A stretch of DNA of 64,000 bases from Candidatus Diapherotrites archaeon ADurb.Bin253 (GTDB lineage: Archaea; Nanobdellota; Nanobdellia; Pacearchaeales; GW2011-AR1). The stretch is from positions 21,768 through 85,767 of the forward strand of contig MWBV01000001.1 in the NCBI GenBank assembly GCA_002069705.1, given 5' to 3'. The position numbers and the translations under genes are program-made. Of this stretch, positions 1-8,566 are shown in pieces. The notes under the pieces are model-generated. The model made no database searches. It was not told the DNA's origin and saw only the letters and a list, made by a program, of their open reading frames with translations. Each line of letters begins with the position of its first letter. The first letter of the stretch is position 1.

Positions 1-1282
1 CTAAAGGAGTTTCAAATGTAACTCTTACATATTCTTCATCGTTTATTGTTTCTGACCAAATGTCATCCAATGACTTGACTTCTTCATAGATATTAGAAAT
101 AAATGCTCTATCTGAAGATAAATGCTCTGCTTTTGTAATAAGAATTATATCAAAGGTTTGTGTAGACAAATGAGGTATAGTCCACTCCACATAATCTAAA
201 AAACCATTATTATTTGTGTCCTTTGCCTGGAAATCTAAATAAGTATCATTTTCTCTCCAATACACTTTAATTAGATACTCTTGACCTAAAGAAAGTTTTT
301 CTGGTATAGAAATGTGTGAAAGAACATTTGTATAATGTAAATCCTCCTCTGAAGAAATGGTAACTTGTTTTTTGTTTTCAGAAATAGTTTTTTCTGTTAT
401 TGAAGGAGATTCTGTAAAATAATCAAGATAAATTGTTTCTGAGAGATTTTCATTAAATAGAAGGTAATTTTGGTTATCTATCTCCAACAAATTATAATCG
501 CTAAAAATCTCCCCACTTTCTTTTTTAATATTAAAATCTAATAGAGAAGGTAATTTTATTAAATTTCCTTCTTGAATAATATCTATTTTCTTACTCCAAG
601 AAACAGGTTTACCTATCTCTGCTTTTCCTTGAATTGGGTTTAAAGGATTATTAAAAATTGATTTTAAATTATACTTTGTTTTACCATTTCCTCTTATTAG
701 TTCAAGAGAATACTCTCCTTCTTCTAATAGCTCAAAGAAGAATATGTCATTAGAACCAAGTCTAGATGTTCTTTTACCTGAAGGAGAAAAAATAATTAAT
801 TCGTAATTCCCTAATCTGGTAAAATCAAATTTTAATTTGGTTTCAATGAAATACATATTATTATCTTGAAAATCAAATACAGAATCTTTTCTTATTTCTG
901 TAGTCAGTTCTTCTTCCATAGGGATAGAATCAGATGGAGATTCGTAAATTACTTCTTCTAGATTTTCATTAGTATTTTTATCTGAAACTACTATTTTTAT
1001 TCTTTCAAAATATTCTTGTGATTTGATATCAACTGTATATGTTCCTACTTCACTAAAGATAAAAGAGAATTTTTCAGTACATGGGGTTTGAATCTTTTCT
1101 GAGGGAGTTTTTATGTCAATAGTACATGAACCATAATCTGTTAAATCTAATCTTAATTCTTCTCCAACAAAATAATGAATTTCAGAGGAAGCAGAGCTAA
1201 ATAAAGTTGAAAAAATTAAAATTAAAATTAAAGCAATTACTAAAGATACTGCTCCAATTCTAATTACTCCTCTTTTATCCAT
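1..1282 (-). CDS. Giant surface protein, N-terminal part (truncated by window edge); paralog of 15887..21349
   Basis: ATG at 1282..1280 on the minus strand. The reverse-strand translation begins MDKRGVIRIGAVSLVIALILILIF (signal/anchor). Downstream segments (KLKFDFTRLGNYELIIFSP, YWRENDTYLDFQAKDTNNNGFLDYVEWTIPHLSTQTF, EYVRVTFE) align with the N-terminus of the 1820-aa protein at 15887..21349. Confidence 0.6.
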   Translation of the reverse strand, partial: MDKRGVIRIGAVSLVIALILILIFSTLFSSASSEIHYFVGEELRLDLTDYGSCTIDIKTPSEKIQTPCTEKFSFIFSEVGTYTVDIKSQEYFERIKIVVSDKNTNENLEEVIYESPSDSIPMEEELTTEIRKDSVFDFQDNNMYFIETKLKFDFTRLGNYELIIFSPSGKRTSRLGSNDIFFFELLEEGEYSLELIRGNGKTKYNLKSIFNNPLNPIQGKAEIGKPVSWSKKIDIIQEGNLIKLPSLLDFNIKKESGEIFSDYNLLEIDNQNYLLFNENLSETIYLDYFTESPSITEKTISENKKQVTISSEEDLHYTNVLSHISIPEKLSLGQEYLIKVYWRENDTYLDFQAKDTNNNGFLDYVEWTIPHLSTQTFDIILITKAEHLSSDRAFISNIYEEVKSLDDIWSETINDEEYVRVTFETPL

Positions 1283-1283
1283 T

Positions 1284-1517
1284 TTATTTCTTTATTTGCC
1301 AGAGATTTATTCTTCCAACCCTGAACCCTGTAATTTTGTTATTTAATTGTAACCTCAAACAACGTGTTTGAATAGAATGCCAAGGGCGATTAACCTCATC
1401 TGCTAGTTCCTGTGTTGACTTTGGATTGATAGAACTAGCTAAATTTTTTATAATTTCTCCCTCAAGTTTGTCCTCTTTTTTGCGATTAACCGTACGGTTA
1501 ATCTTACTTTTAATCAT
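1284..1517 (-). CDS. Small winged-helix-like DNA-binding protein (putative transcriptional regulator)
   Basis: 77 aa with a basic N-terminus and a helix-turn-helix-like core (STQELADEVNRPWHSIQTRCLRLQ). Sits directly upstream (minus strand) of the surface protein gene. Confidence 0.35.
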   Translation of the reverse strand: MIKSKINRTVNRKKEDKLEGEIIKNLASSINPKSTQELADEVNRPWHSIQTRCLRLQLNNKITGFRVGRINLWQIKK

Positions 1518-1579
1518 ACTATATAACGCAAGAATTATCTGTTTAAATACCTTTTGTATACTTATTAATTAAAACTATA

Positions 1580-2953
1580 TTAGTATATTAGGATATTAAA
1601 CGGGCCTTTATTTGTTGTGTAAACTGAATAATATTCATAATTTGCGTCTTCATTCATAAAATCTAATTCCAACTCTTTTTCTGGGTCGGATAGGGTAATA
1701 TTTTTACCTTTTTCCACTTTGAAAACAATAAAAATATTTTCTAAATCTTTCTCTTGTATTGTTGTAAAAATCTCAAAAAATATTGTCTTTCTACCTTTCT
1801 TTATTTTTTCACTATACTTTAAAGTAGAATATGATTCTGGAATGTCTTTATTTGGAAATAGTGCAATAGTTTTTATGAAATCGTATTCTAAATTTAAAAC
1901 TGCAGGATATTTGGGAGAGATGCTTTTTCTTAATACATTATTTTGATAATTTTCTTGCATTTTATTACTTTTGTGAAAGGGTATCCAACTGTACTTAAAA
2001 GACCTTAATTTATTTGAAGAATTATAATCTCCTAGTTGTTGATAAAGAAAATAATCTTGTTTAAGTGTATGTTTAGGAAGTTTAAATGAGTAATTCACAT
2101 AAAATTCTTTTTTATCAGAAATAATATTTTTTATAGCTTTATGTGATAAACTAATATCAAATATATCTGAATAATTTATCAATTCCCAATCTCTTGGAAA
2201 AGAAATTAAAAAATCTCCAGAAACATTGTGAGAAGAGTTAAAACCAAACATAAGTGTGACAATCTGTTTAGAATCAATATAAAAAAAGTTTTTCTTTTTC
2301 TTGCAATTTTTACAAAAAGGTTCAATATTAAAATTAAAATAATCCAGGTTATAAAAAGAGAATTGATTATATACTTCATTTGTTTTTTCTGAATAAATTA
2401 TTAGTTGATTTTTTCCTTTTTGTATTGGAATTTTAAAATCAGATATATTTGAGTTGTCTTGAAGTTTTCCTTTAAATTCTCCTTCTGAAGAAGATAAAAT
2501 ATAATTTAATTCTTTGGGGGATTGAGGATTATCTATATTTAGATTTATATACGATTTATCTAAAAATATTCTTTCTTTTTGAAGCGAGGAATTAACCATT
2601 TTTTTTATTACCATATCTGGAAATATATCATATCCTTTATCTGTAAGAAATAAATAAACTGGTCCACCTATTATCCCTTTTTCTAAGTCAAATACTTCTG
2701 CAAAAACCTTTTTACCAACTGAAAAATTTACTGAAGAGATATTCTCTAAATCACAACAAAACTTTTTTTCTGGATTTACTCTACATTCTGTTAAATCAGA
2801 TTTATTTTCTTCAAAATAAACAACCACTCTTGACCAATCAGAAGAAATATCCTTTGAATCATCCACTACTCCACATACAAAACTAGGAGATACAAAGGAT
2901 AAACTAAATAAGATAATAAAAAAAGGTATAAAGGCTAAGTAAAATATCTTCAT
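1580..2953 (-). CDS. Secreted hypothetical protein (Sec signal peptide, many N-x-S/T sequons)
   Basis: 457-aa ORF. N-terminal hydrophobic signal MKIFYLAFIPFFIILFSLSFVSPSF; no recognisable catalytic motif. Confidence 0.5.
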   Translation of the reverse strand: MKIFYLAFIPFFIILFSLSFVSPSFVCGVVDDSKDISSDWSRVVVYFEENKSDLTECRVNPEKKFCCDLENISSVNFSVGKKVFAEVFDLEKGIIGGPVYLFLTDKGYDIFPDMVIKKMVNSSLQKERIFLDKSYINLNIDNPQSPKELNYILSSSEGEFKGKLQDNSNISDFKIPIQKGKNQLIIYSEKTNEVYNQFSFYNLDYFNFNIEPFCKNCKKKKNFFYIDSKQIVTLMFGFNSSHNVSGDFLISFPRDWELINYSDIFDISLSHKAIKNIISDKKEFYVNYSFKLPKHTLKQDYFLYQQLGDYNSSNKLRSFKYSWIPFHKSNKMQENYQNNVLRKSISPKYPAVLNLEYDFIKTIALFPNKDIPESYSTLKYSEKIKKGRKTIFFEIFTTIQEKDLENIFIVFKVEKGKNITLSDPEKELELDFMNEDANYEYYSVYTTNKGPFNILIY

Positions 2954-2996
2954 AAAACAAGAATTCCAACAAACTATAAAAGATTTTCTAAGGTAA

Positions 2997-4088
2997 TTAT
3001 AAATGAATAAACTCTTCTTCAGTTGTTCTTGATTTTGCGAGTATCCCTATTGCTAAAAGTACTATAGCTCCTCCAAATATAGAAAAGAAAGTAGATACAT
3101 TTTGAGAAAATCCTAAATCTATAAAATCTTTGTATGAAATTAATATATCAAAACCTATGATTAAAAGAGAAATCTCTTTCATAAAGGTCCCCCCTCCAAA
3201 AAACATCAACAATGCAACCAATAAAGGTAAAAGAATTCCACCAAAAATAACTAAATTTGTTGAAACATCTGAATTAGCACATAATATCTCTGTATGAGGT
3301 AACCCTCCTTCATACACTATTCTTTCTAAACCACAATTTGGGCTTAGTTTAGAGGCAATAAAATGGCCTCCCTCATGAATAGAAAGAACTCCAACAAAAA
3401 TAAAATTAGTTAAAATAATTATAAACACAAAATATCTTAAGAAATCAAAAACATAATTGTTGTGTTTTAATTTTAAATTCTTTTTTTCAAAAAAGTCGAG
3501 AGGAAGCTTGTTTAAGTCTATTAAAAAGAAGAAGAAAAATGCAAGAAAAAATGAATTAGAGATTACACATATGACTGGAGAAAATTCACCTTGAAAAAGC
3601 AATATAGAATGTAGAAACAAAGAGATTGAAGCGTAAAAGATAGCAAATCTAGAAGAATTGGAAAAAGCTGGAGAAGATATAAGAAGTATAAATAAAATAA
3701 TTATTAGCAAAAAAGACGAAATCAATAAAAGATTAGAAAAACTTAATTCTAAAAATAAAGATAATGCTGGTATGAGATATATGCTCAAAAGGTAAAATAA
3801 CTTCTTGCTTTTTCTTATATAAAAGACGATAATCAATAATAGAATAGTTTGAAAAAATATAATTAGTGAATAAATAAAAAGAAGGTCAAATGGAGCATAC
3901 TCTATAAAGTTCAGAGACCAAAGGAGAAGAATTAGAAAAAAGATAAAAAATTCTAATCCAATTAAGAAAATAAAAAGAGATATTTTTTTGTATGTATCTT
4001 TGCGATTGAATTTAAATGCTACATACACTAAAAGTATTGATATTGCTAGAGATATAATAATATTTAGAAGAATTAGGATATTTAACAT
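2997..4088 (-). CDS. Polytopic membrane protein with HExxH (HEGGH) motif at a TM boundary; possible intramembrane zinc metalloprotease
   Basis: 363 aa, at least 8 hydrophobic segments. IFVGVLSIHEGGHFIASKL places HExxH inside or adjacent to a TM helix, as in M50/S2P-type proteases. The motif alone is weak evidence. Confidence 0.45.
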   Translation of the reverse strand: MLNILILLNIIISLAISILLVYVAFKFNRKDTYKKISLFIFLIGLEFFIFFLILLLWSLNFIEYAPFDLLFIYSLIIFFQTILLLIIVFYIRKSKKLFYLLSIYLIPALSLFLELSFSNLLLISSFLLIIILFILLISSPAFSNSSRFAIFYASISLFLHSILLFQGEFSPVICVISNSFFLAFFFFFLIDLNKLPLDFFEKKNLKLKHNNYVFDFLRYFVFIIILTNFIFVGVLSIHEGGHFIASKLSPNCGLERIVYEGGLPHTEILCANSDVSTNLVIFGGILLPLLVALLMFFGGGTFMKEISLLIIGFDILISYKDFIDLGFSQNVSTFFSIFGGAIVLLAIGILAKSRTTEEEFIHL

Positions 4089-4178
4089 TTTTTAAAAATA
4101 TCCTCCTGATAAAAATTAAGCGACGCCATATAAAATTTTATATATGGAGTTATTTAAATGTTTTTTAATAAAATAAAA

Positions 4179-4955
4179 TTATTCTAACTCCACATATAAA
4201 TAATATGCTGTTGCTCCTGTAAATCCAGCTGAACCATTTTCTGGAACTAACATCTGGAAATCATAAGATTGTCCATCATAACCTACACGGTTATCTTCTA
4301 AGATTGTTGCATAAATTATACTTGTACTGTCATATAAAGCTACTTCTTGAAAGTATACATCTTGAGCAGCATCATTTACAAATGTATTAAGAGTAGGGCA
4401 AGTATTAGGACCAATAGGTCTTCCAGCAACATTAAATCCAGAATGAGTGCCAGGAAATTGAAAGGTCTTATTAATAGTATCTGGTCTTGCTGAGAAATTA
4501 TGGAATAAGGCAGCATCTTCTGCTGAAAGAGATGTAGCAAGGTTAGCACATTGAATTAAATTCCATTCTATTGTAGAAGAATCTCTTGTTGCATAAACTC
4601 TTCCAGAACTAACTGCTCCACTCCAATCATAGATTGTAGAACCTGATGCATCATCCAAAGTAAATCCTCCATTAACCCAACCTACAAAAGCTTTCCAGTG
4701 GGTGTTTTGTGCGTTTGCAGATAAATTAATTGCTCCTATATACCCTCCAGATATATTAAACATACCTGCTGTGGTAGATGTCATTGTTTCATTCCAAACA
4801 GACTCTATGTTTGTTGGACCAGATGGATCTGCAGATATTAAAATAATCTGGAGAATACAAATAGAAAAAATTATTATTGAAAATACAAAAATGGTTTTCA
4901 ATAAACTTTTTTCTCTACTTCTTTTTAAATTTATTTCTTGTTTCATCTTTATCAT
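4179..4955 (-). CDS. Secreted protein, member of a three-gene tandem paralog family (C-terminus ...YYLYVELE)
   Basis: 258 aa, N-terminal TM/signal, glycosylation sequons. The C-terminal motif Y-Y-x-[WY]-VELE is shared with 5005..5706 and 6515..7297. Confidence 0.55.
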   Translation of the reverse strand: MIKMKQEINLKRSREKSLLKTIFVFSIIIFSICILQIILISADPSGPTNIESVWNETMTSTTAGMFNISGGYIGAINLSANAQNTHWKAFVGWVNGGFTLDDASGSTIYDWSGAVSSGRVYATRDSSTIEWNLIQCANLATSLSAEDAALFHNFSARPDTINKTFQFPGTHSGFNVAGRPIGPNTCPTLNTFVNDAAQDVYFQEVALYDSTSIIYATILEDNRVGYDGQSYDFQMLVPENGSAGFTGATAYYLYVELE

Positions 4956-5004
4956 TTCTCCTTTTTAACTAAAATATAAGGGCGTAAAAAACAATAAAAT
5001 GCCC

Positions 5005-5706
5005 TTATTCTAGTTCTACCCAAAAGTAATAGGTAGTAGTTGCTATGTCTGTACCATGTCCATTTTCTAACACTATCATTTCAAAATCATGAGGGACATT
5101 ATCAAACCCATTAGCATCTTCTAATAAAAGAGATGTGAATATCAGATTTGAACCATCTGTTAACAAAACCTCGTCGAATGTTCCAACGCCATTACTGTCA
5201 AACAATTTAGTGTTATCACAAGATCCAGCTGTAAACAAAATACTATTTGTAACAAATTCTGGATGATCGTTTAAATTAAATGTTTCGTTGATACCGTCCA
5301 CATCGTCAGGTTTAATTCCAAACATATTTTCAAAAAAGGTCATGTTATTTGCTTCATCATAACACTGAATTCCCTGCCATTCTACACTTGAAGAATTTGT
5401 AGCATAGATTTCACCTTCTGGAGAAGCCAGAGACCAATTATACATCACATTATCATTACCATCTGCTAACATGATTGTACCTGAAACATTACCAAAATAA
5501 CCTTGCCAAGATTGAGTTAGTGAATAACCAAAGATACTCAATTCGGTTACATTTCCTGCAATAGCTTCTGCACTTGTAGGATCATCTGCAGGCGCTCTAG
5601 TAGATGATAAATTAGTCACATTTGCCCCTGTTGGTAATGCTGATACAAATGATGAAAAAACGAACACCATTAATAGCAATACAATAATATTACCTATCTT
5701 CTTCAT
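5005..5706 (-). CDS. Secreted protein, tandem paralog family (C-terminus TTYYFWVELE)
   Basis: 233 aa with Sec signal MKKIGNIIVLLLMVFVFSSFVSA. The long block NVTNLSSTRA..DDP..AIAGNVTELSIFGYSLTQSWQGYFGNVSGTIMLAD.NDNVMYNWSLASPEGEIYA is nearly identical to 6515..7297. Confidence 0.6.
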   Translation of the reverse strand: MKKIGNIIVLLLMVFVFSSFVSALPTGANVTNLSSTRAPADDPTSAEAIAGNVTELSIFGYSLTQSWQGYFGNVSGTIMLADGNDNVMYNWSLASPEGEIYATNSSSVEWQGIQCYDEANNMTFFENMFGIKPDDVDGINETFNLNDHPEFVTNSILFTAGSCDNTKLFDSNGVGTFDEVLLTDGSNLIFTSLLLEDANGFDNVPHDFEMIVLENGHGTDIATTTYYFWVELE

Positions 5707-6325
5707 ATTTTCTACCTCCTTTCATTTCTATATTTTTTTTAAAAAAAACAGAACTTTGGTAAATAGGACAAAAAACAGACAAATTAAGATTAGCTATATC
5801 GTCTAAATTATAAACCTCTAATTTTATTTTGTTATCATATTTTTTAATAGCAGAATCAAAAATTTGCTGTAATTTTTTATCTTCTGAAAATAAGATAATT
5901 GAAGGATTTTGTTTTCTGGAATCAACAAAAATAGCTTCAACATCTTTTAGATTATCTTTTATTTTAATGAGAAATTCTTCTAAAAAAGTTTGTAAGTGTT
6001 TATCTTCTAAAAACCATGTTCTTAGAATAGATTTCTGATATGATTCTAATGCTAAAGATTTTTTCTCTCCAAATCCTTTAGTAAGCATAGTCAAATATAC
6101 TACATCTTTTGAAATTGAAAACAAATTTCTGGGTTTTCCTTTTTCAAATGCCCCTGTTTTCTCTTTTGAAACTATTCGTGCTGCCTCTAATAATTTCAAT
6201 TGTTGGCTTATGAAAGAAACAGTAGTTTTAGTTTTCTCTGCTATCTCAATTGGGGAAGAGGGCTTTTCTGAGATTATTTTTAAAATTTCCCATCTAGGCG
6301 AGGCCAGAAATGAATCGAGTTCCAT
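5690..6325 (-). CDS. Transcriptional regulator, N-terminal winged HTH (ArsR/TrmB-like) with C-terminal domain
   Basis: 211 aa. The N-terminus SPRWEILKIISEKPSSPIEIAEKTKTTVSFISQQLKLLEAARIVSKEK is a typical wHTH recognition-helix region. The 3-prime end overlaps 5005..5706 by 17 nt. Confidence 0.5.
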   Translation of the reverse strand: MELDSFLASPRWEILKIISEKPSSPIEIAEKTKTTVSFISQQLKLLEAARIVSKEKTGAFEKGKPRNLFSISKDVVYLTMLTKGFGEKKSLALESYQKSILRTWFLEDKHLQTFLEEFLIKIKDNLKDVEAIFVDSRKQNPSIILFSEDKKLQQIFDSAIKKYDNKIKLEVYNLDDIANLNLSVFCPIYQSSVFFKKNIEMKGGRKYEEDR

Positions 6326-6514
6326 TAGATGATAAATATATAAAAAGCTATTTAAATGTTTTGTTTAATTAATTAACTTAAATTTATTACTTATAAAGCT
6401 TATAAATAACATAGTGTTATTACTTTAATTAATTTAATACTTAAATAGTATGTGTAAAAGTAGAAAAATATGAATAAAAAACAGAAAAACAGATGTAAAA
6501 ACAGAAAAGCTGAT

Positions 6515-7297
6515 TTATTCTAACTCTACCCAGAAATAATAAGTGGTTGTTGAAGTATCTGTTAAATGGCCATTTTCAAGAACAAGCATTTCAAAATCAT
6601 GGGGATTGTTATCAAAACCAAGTACATCTTCATTCAATAAAGAAGCAAAAATTACACTACGTGTTGTAGGTTCATATAAAAGAACTTCTTCAAATTTGTT
6701 GTCTTCTCCTTGTCCTGCATTACTAAACACCTGTGTACTCCTACATTCTCCCTCTGAAAATTCTAAATTATTTGTATAAAAAGTATTGTGCCCTCCTGCT
6801 CCAAGTAAGGTAAATGTCTCATTAACTCCGTCAACATCATCCCAATCTATTCCAAACATAGATTCAAGTATAGATAAATTAGTACCATACATGCTTGTTC
6901 CACCTGCATTTAGAGTATCATCTGCATAAGTTCCATCTGCATCAAAATTAAAACATTGAACATAGTTCCATGCAATTGAATTATTTGTAGATGCATAGAT
7001 TTCACCTTCTGGAGAAGCCAGAGACCAATTGTACATCACATTGTCATTATTATCTGCCAGCATAATTGTACCTGAAACATTACCAAAATAACCTTGCCAA
7101 GATTGGGTTAGTGAATAACCAAATATACTCAATTCAGTTACATTTCCTGCAATAGCAGGAATTCCCATAGGATCGTCGGGTATAGCTCTTGTGGATGATA
7201 AATTAGTTACATTTGCTCCAAAAGGTTCTACAGCTAAAGCCAAAGAAATGTTCATTAAAAGACCAAAAAATATTATCGGTAAAAGCTTGAGCCTCAT
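6515..7297 (-). CDS. Secreted protein, tandem paralog family (C-terminus TTYYFWVELE)
   Basis: 260 aa with signal peptide. Shares a ~100-aa near-identical block and the C-terminal motif with 5005..5706. Confidence 0.6.
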   Translation of the reverse strand: MRLKLLPIIFFGLLMNISLALAVEPFGANVTNLSSTRAIPDDPMGIPAIAGNVTELSIFGYSLTQSWQGYFGNVSGTIMLADNNDNVMYNWSLASPEGEIYASTNNSIAWNYVQCFNFDADGTYADDTLNAGGTSMYGTNLSILESMFGIDWDDVDGVNETFTLLGAGGHNTFYTNNLEFSEGECRSTQVFSNAGQGEDNKFEEVLLYEPTTRSVIFASLLNEDVLGFDNNPHDFEMLVLENGHLTDTSTTTYYFWVELE

Positions 7298-7348
7298 CCT
7301 CTTCTTCCTCGATGAATTAAGTTAAAATAAGTTTATAATTCTTTCTTT

Positions 7349-8203
7349 TTAATTAATCTCATTTAAAAGAGTTTTAAGTCTCTCGATATCTCTTGAAAGA
7401 GGAGTCTTTTTTTGTAATTCTTTTAAAGAATCTGAGTATTTTTGAACTTTTTCCAAAATCTTATCTACTTCTTCTTTCTCAGCAAAGTTGATTATCTTTG
7501 TTTTTAAGATATCTAGTTCCTTTGAGTTTTGTTCTATATTTGCTTTTGATTCTTGAAGTTGAGAATTAAATGTATCTAAATCTTGTATCTTTTTTCTCAT
7601 TTCACTGTAAATTGTTTGAACTTTATCTGTTTGTATATTTATTGTCCCTTCAATTTTCTTTATTCCAATTAGTCCTTTTTTTATCTCCTCGCTTAATTTG
7701 ATTATCTCCTCTATACCTCTAAAAAAACTTATTTTACGCCTTGTTTCTTTTAGTTCTTCCATAACTTGGTCTAAAATTGCTTCGTTCCCTTCTAAATTTG
7801 CTTTAAGTGCTTCAATCTTTACATTTTGTCTTTCTAAATCCATCATAAATTTATCTGGCTTTATTGATTCAACCAAATCTATTGCCTTTACAGATTTTAA
7901 CTCTAAGGTCTGGATTGTTCTATCTCTCTCTAAAATCATAGACCTTAATTCTCCTATTTGCTCGCTTATGTGAGTAAATCTTTCTGTAAAGGATTTTCTA
8001 ACTTCTTGGAATGCTTCTTGACTTGCCTTTAATCTGTCTACTTCTGTAGAAAGTTTTAGTAATGAAGGTGCTTCTGATGAAGAATCAGAAGACAGATTAG
8101 AATCTTTTTGATTTGTTTCCTCTTTTTCTACTTCGTTTTCTTCAAACTCCTCTTCTTGATTTTCTTCCTCTTTTTTCTTTGATTTTAAAAACTTAAACAT
8201 CAT
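7349..8203 (-). CDS. Coiled-coil protein with acidic N-terminus
   Basis: 284 aa. E/K-rich heptad-like sequence throughout; no TM. Immediately downstream of, and co-oriented with, the membrane ATPase gene. Confidence 0.45.
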   Translation of the reverse strand: MMFKFLKSKKKEEENQEEEFEENEVEKEETNQKDSNLSSDSSSEAPSLLKLSTEVDRLKASQEAFQEVRKSFTERFTHISEQIGELRSMILERDRTIQTLELKSVKAIDLVESIKPDKFMMDLERQNVKIEALKANLEGNEAILDQVMEELKETRRKISFFRGIEEIIKLSEEIKKGLIGIKKIEGTINIQTDKVQTIYSEMRKKIQDLDTFNSQLQESKANIEQNSKELDILKTKIINFAEKEEVDKILEKVQKYSDSLKELQKKTPLSRDIERLKTLLNEIN

Positions 8204-8516
8204 TCACCTCCTTTTCTAATATAAGTATTAAAGAATTTATTTTTTTAAAATCTTTCTCATTAAAGTCTAAACTCAATAACCTTATTTTTGGAGAGATTAG
8301 ACCAGATTTCAAGTCAAAAAAGTTTCTTTTTTTCTTATCTTTGATGTTTTTTATCTTAATATCCAACTCAATATGCTTTAATCTTAGTTCTGAGATTAAA
8401 GAGTTTTTAATTATCTCTAATCTCTCACGTTTGTTCTTTATTTTGTGTATCTTTTTATATTTGTCTTTAGGTAAAAAGGATTTAGAAATTTTTTCAACCA
8501 TCTTCAACTCTTTCAT
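8193..8516 (-). CDS. Small basic hypothetical protein
   Basis: 107 aa, lysine-rich. Overlaps the neighbouring gene's start by 11 nt. Protein-coding status uncertain. Confidence 0.3.
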   Translation of the reverse strand: MKELKMVEKISKSFLPKDKYKKIHKIKNKRERLEIIKNSLISELRLKHIELDIKIKNIKDKKKRNFFDLKSGLISPKIRLLSLDFNEKDFKKINSLILILEKEVNDV

Positions 8517-8566
8517 GTTTCTTTAAATACAATCTGGTTTTTATCTCTTTTGATATCTTAAAATGT

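Noticed and set aside
1719-1946. Numerous 60-130-aa ORFs on the strand opposite long genes. Examples: 1719..1946, 4702..4968, 5829..6038, 6543..6779, 7698..7973, 8341..8526, 11473..11700, 12326..12634, 13587..13883, 13840..14058, 23870..24094, 24811..25011, 27321..27548, 28369..28575, 30573..30773, 32889..33380, 35184..35423, 46440..46823, 48756..48950, 49682..49951, 55242..55613, 56067..57473, 57716..58159, 59748..60198.
   Set aside because: They lie fully inside better-supported long ORFs, are low-complexity (F/L/S/I-rich, as expected for the antisense strand of an AT-rich genome), and have no motifs. I treat them as spurious antisense frames.
5690-5706. 17-nt overlap between the regulator 5690..6325 and the paralog 5005..5706 as a possible frameshift.
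   Set aside because: These are two different proteins in different frames with complete domain content. A short 3-prime/5-prime overlap is common in compact genomes.
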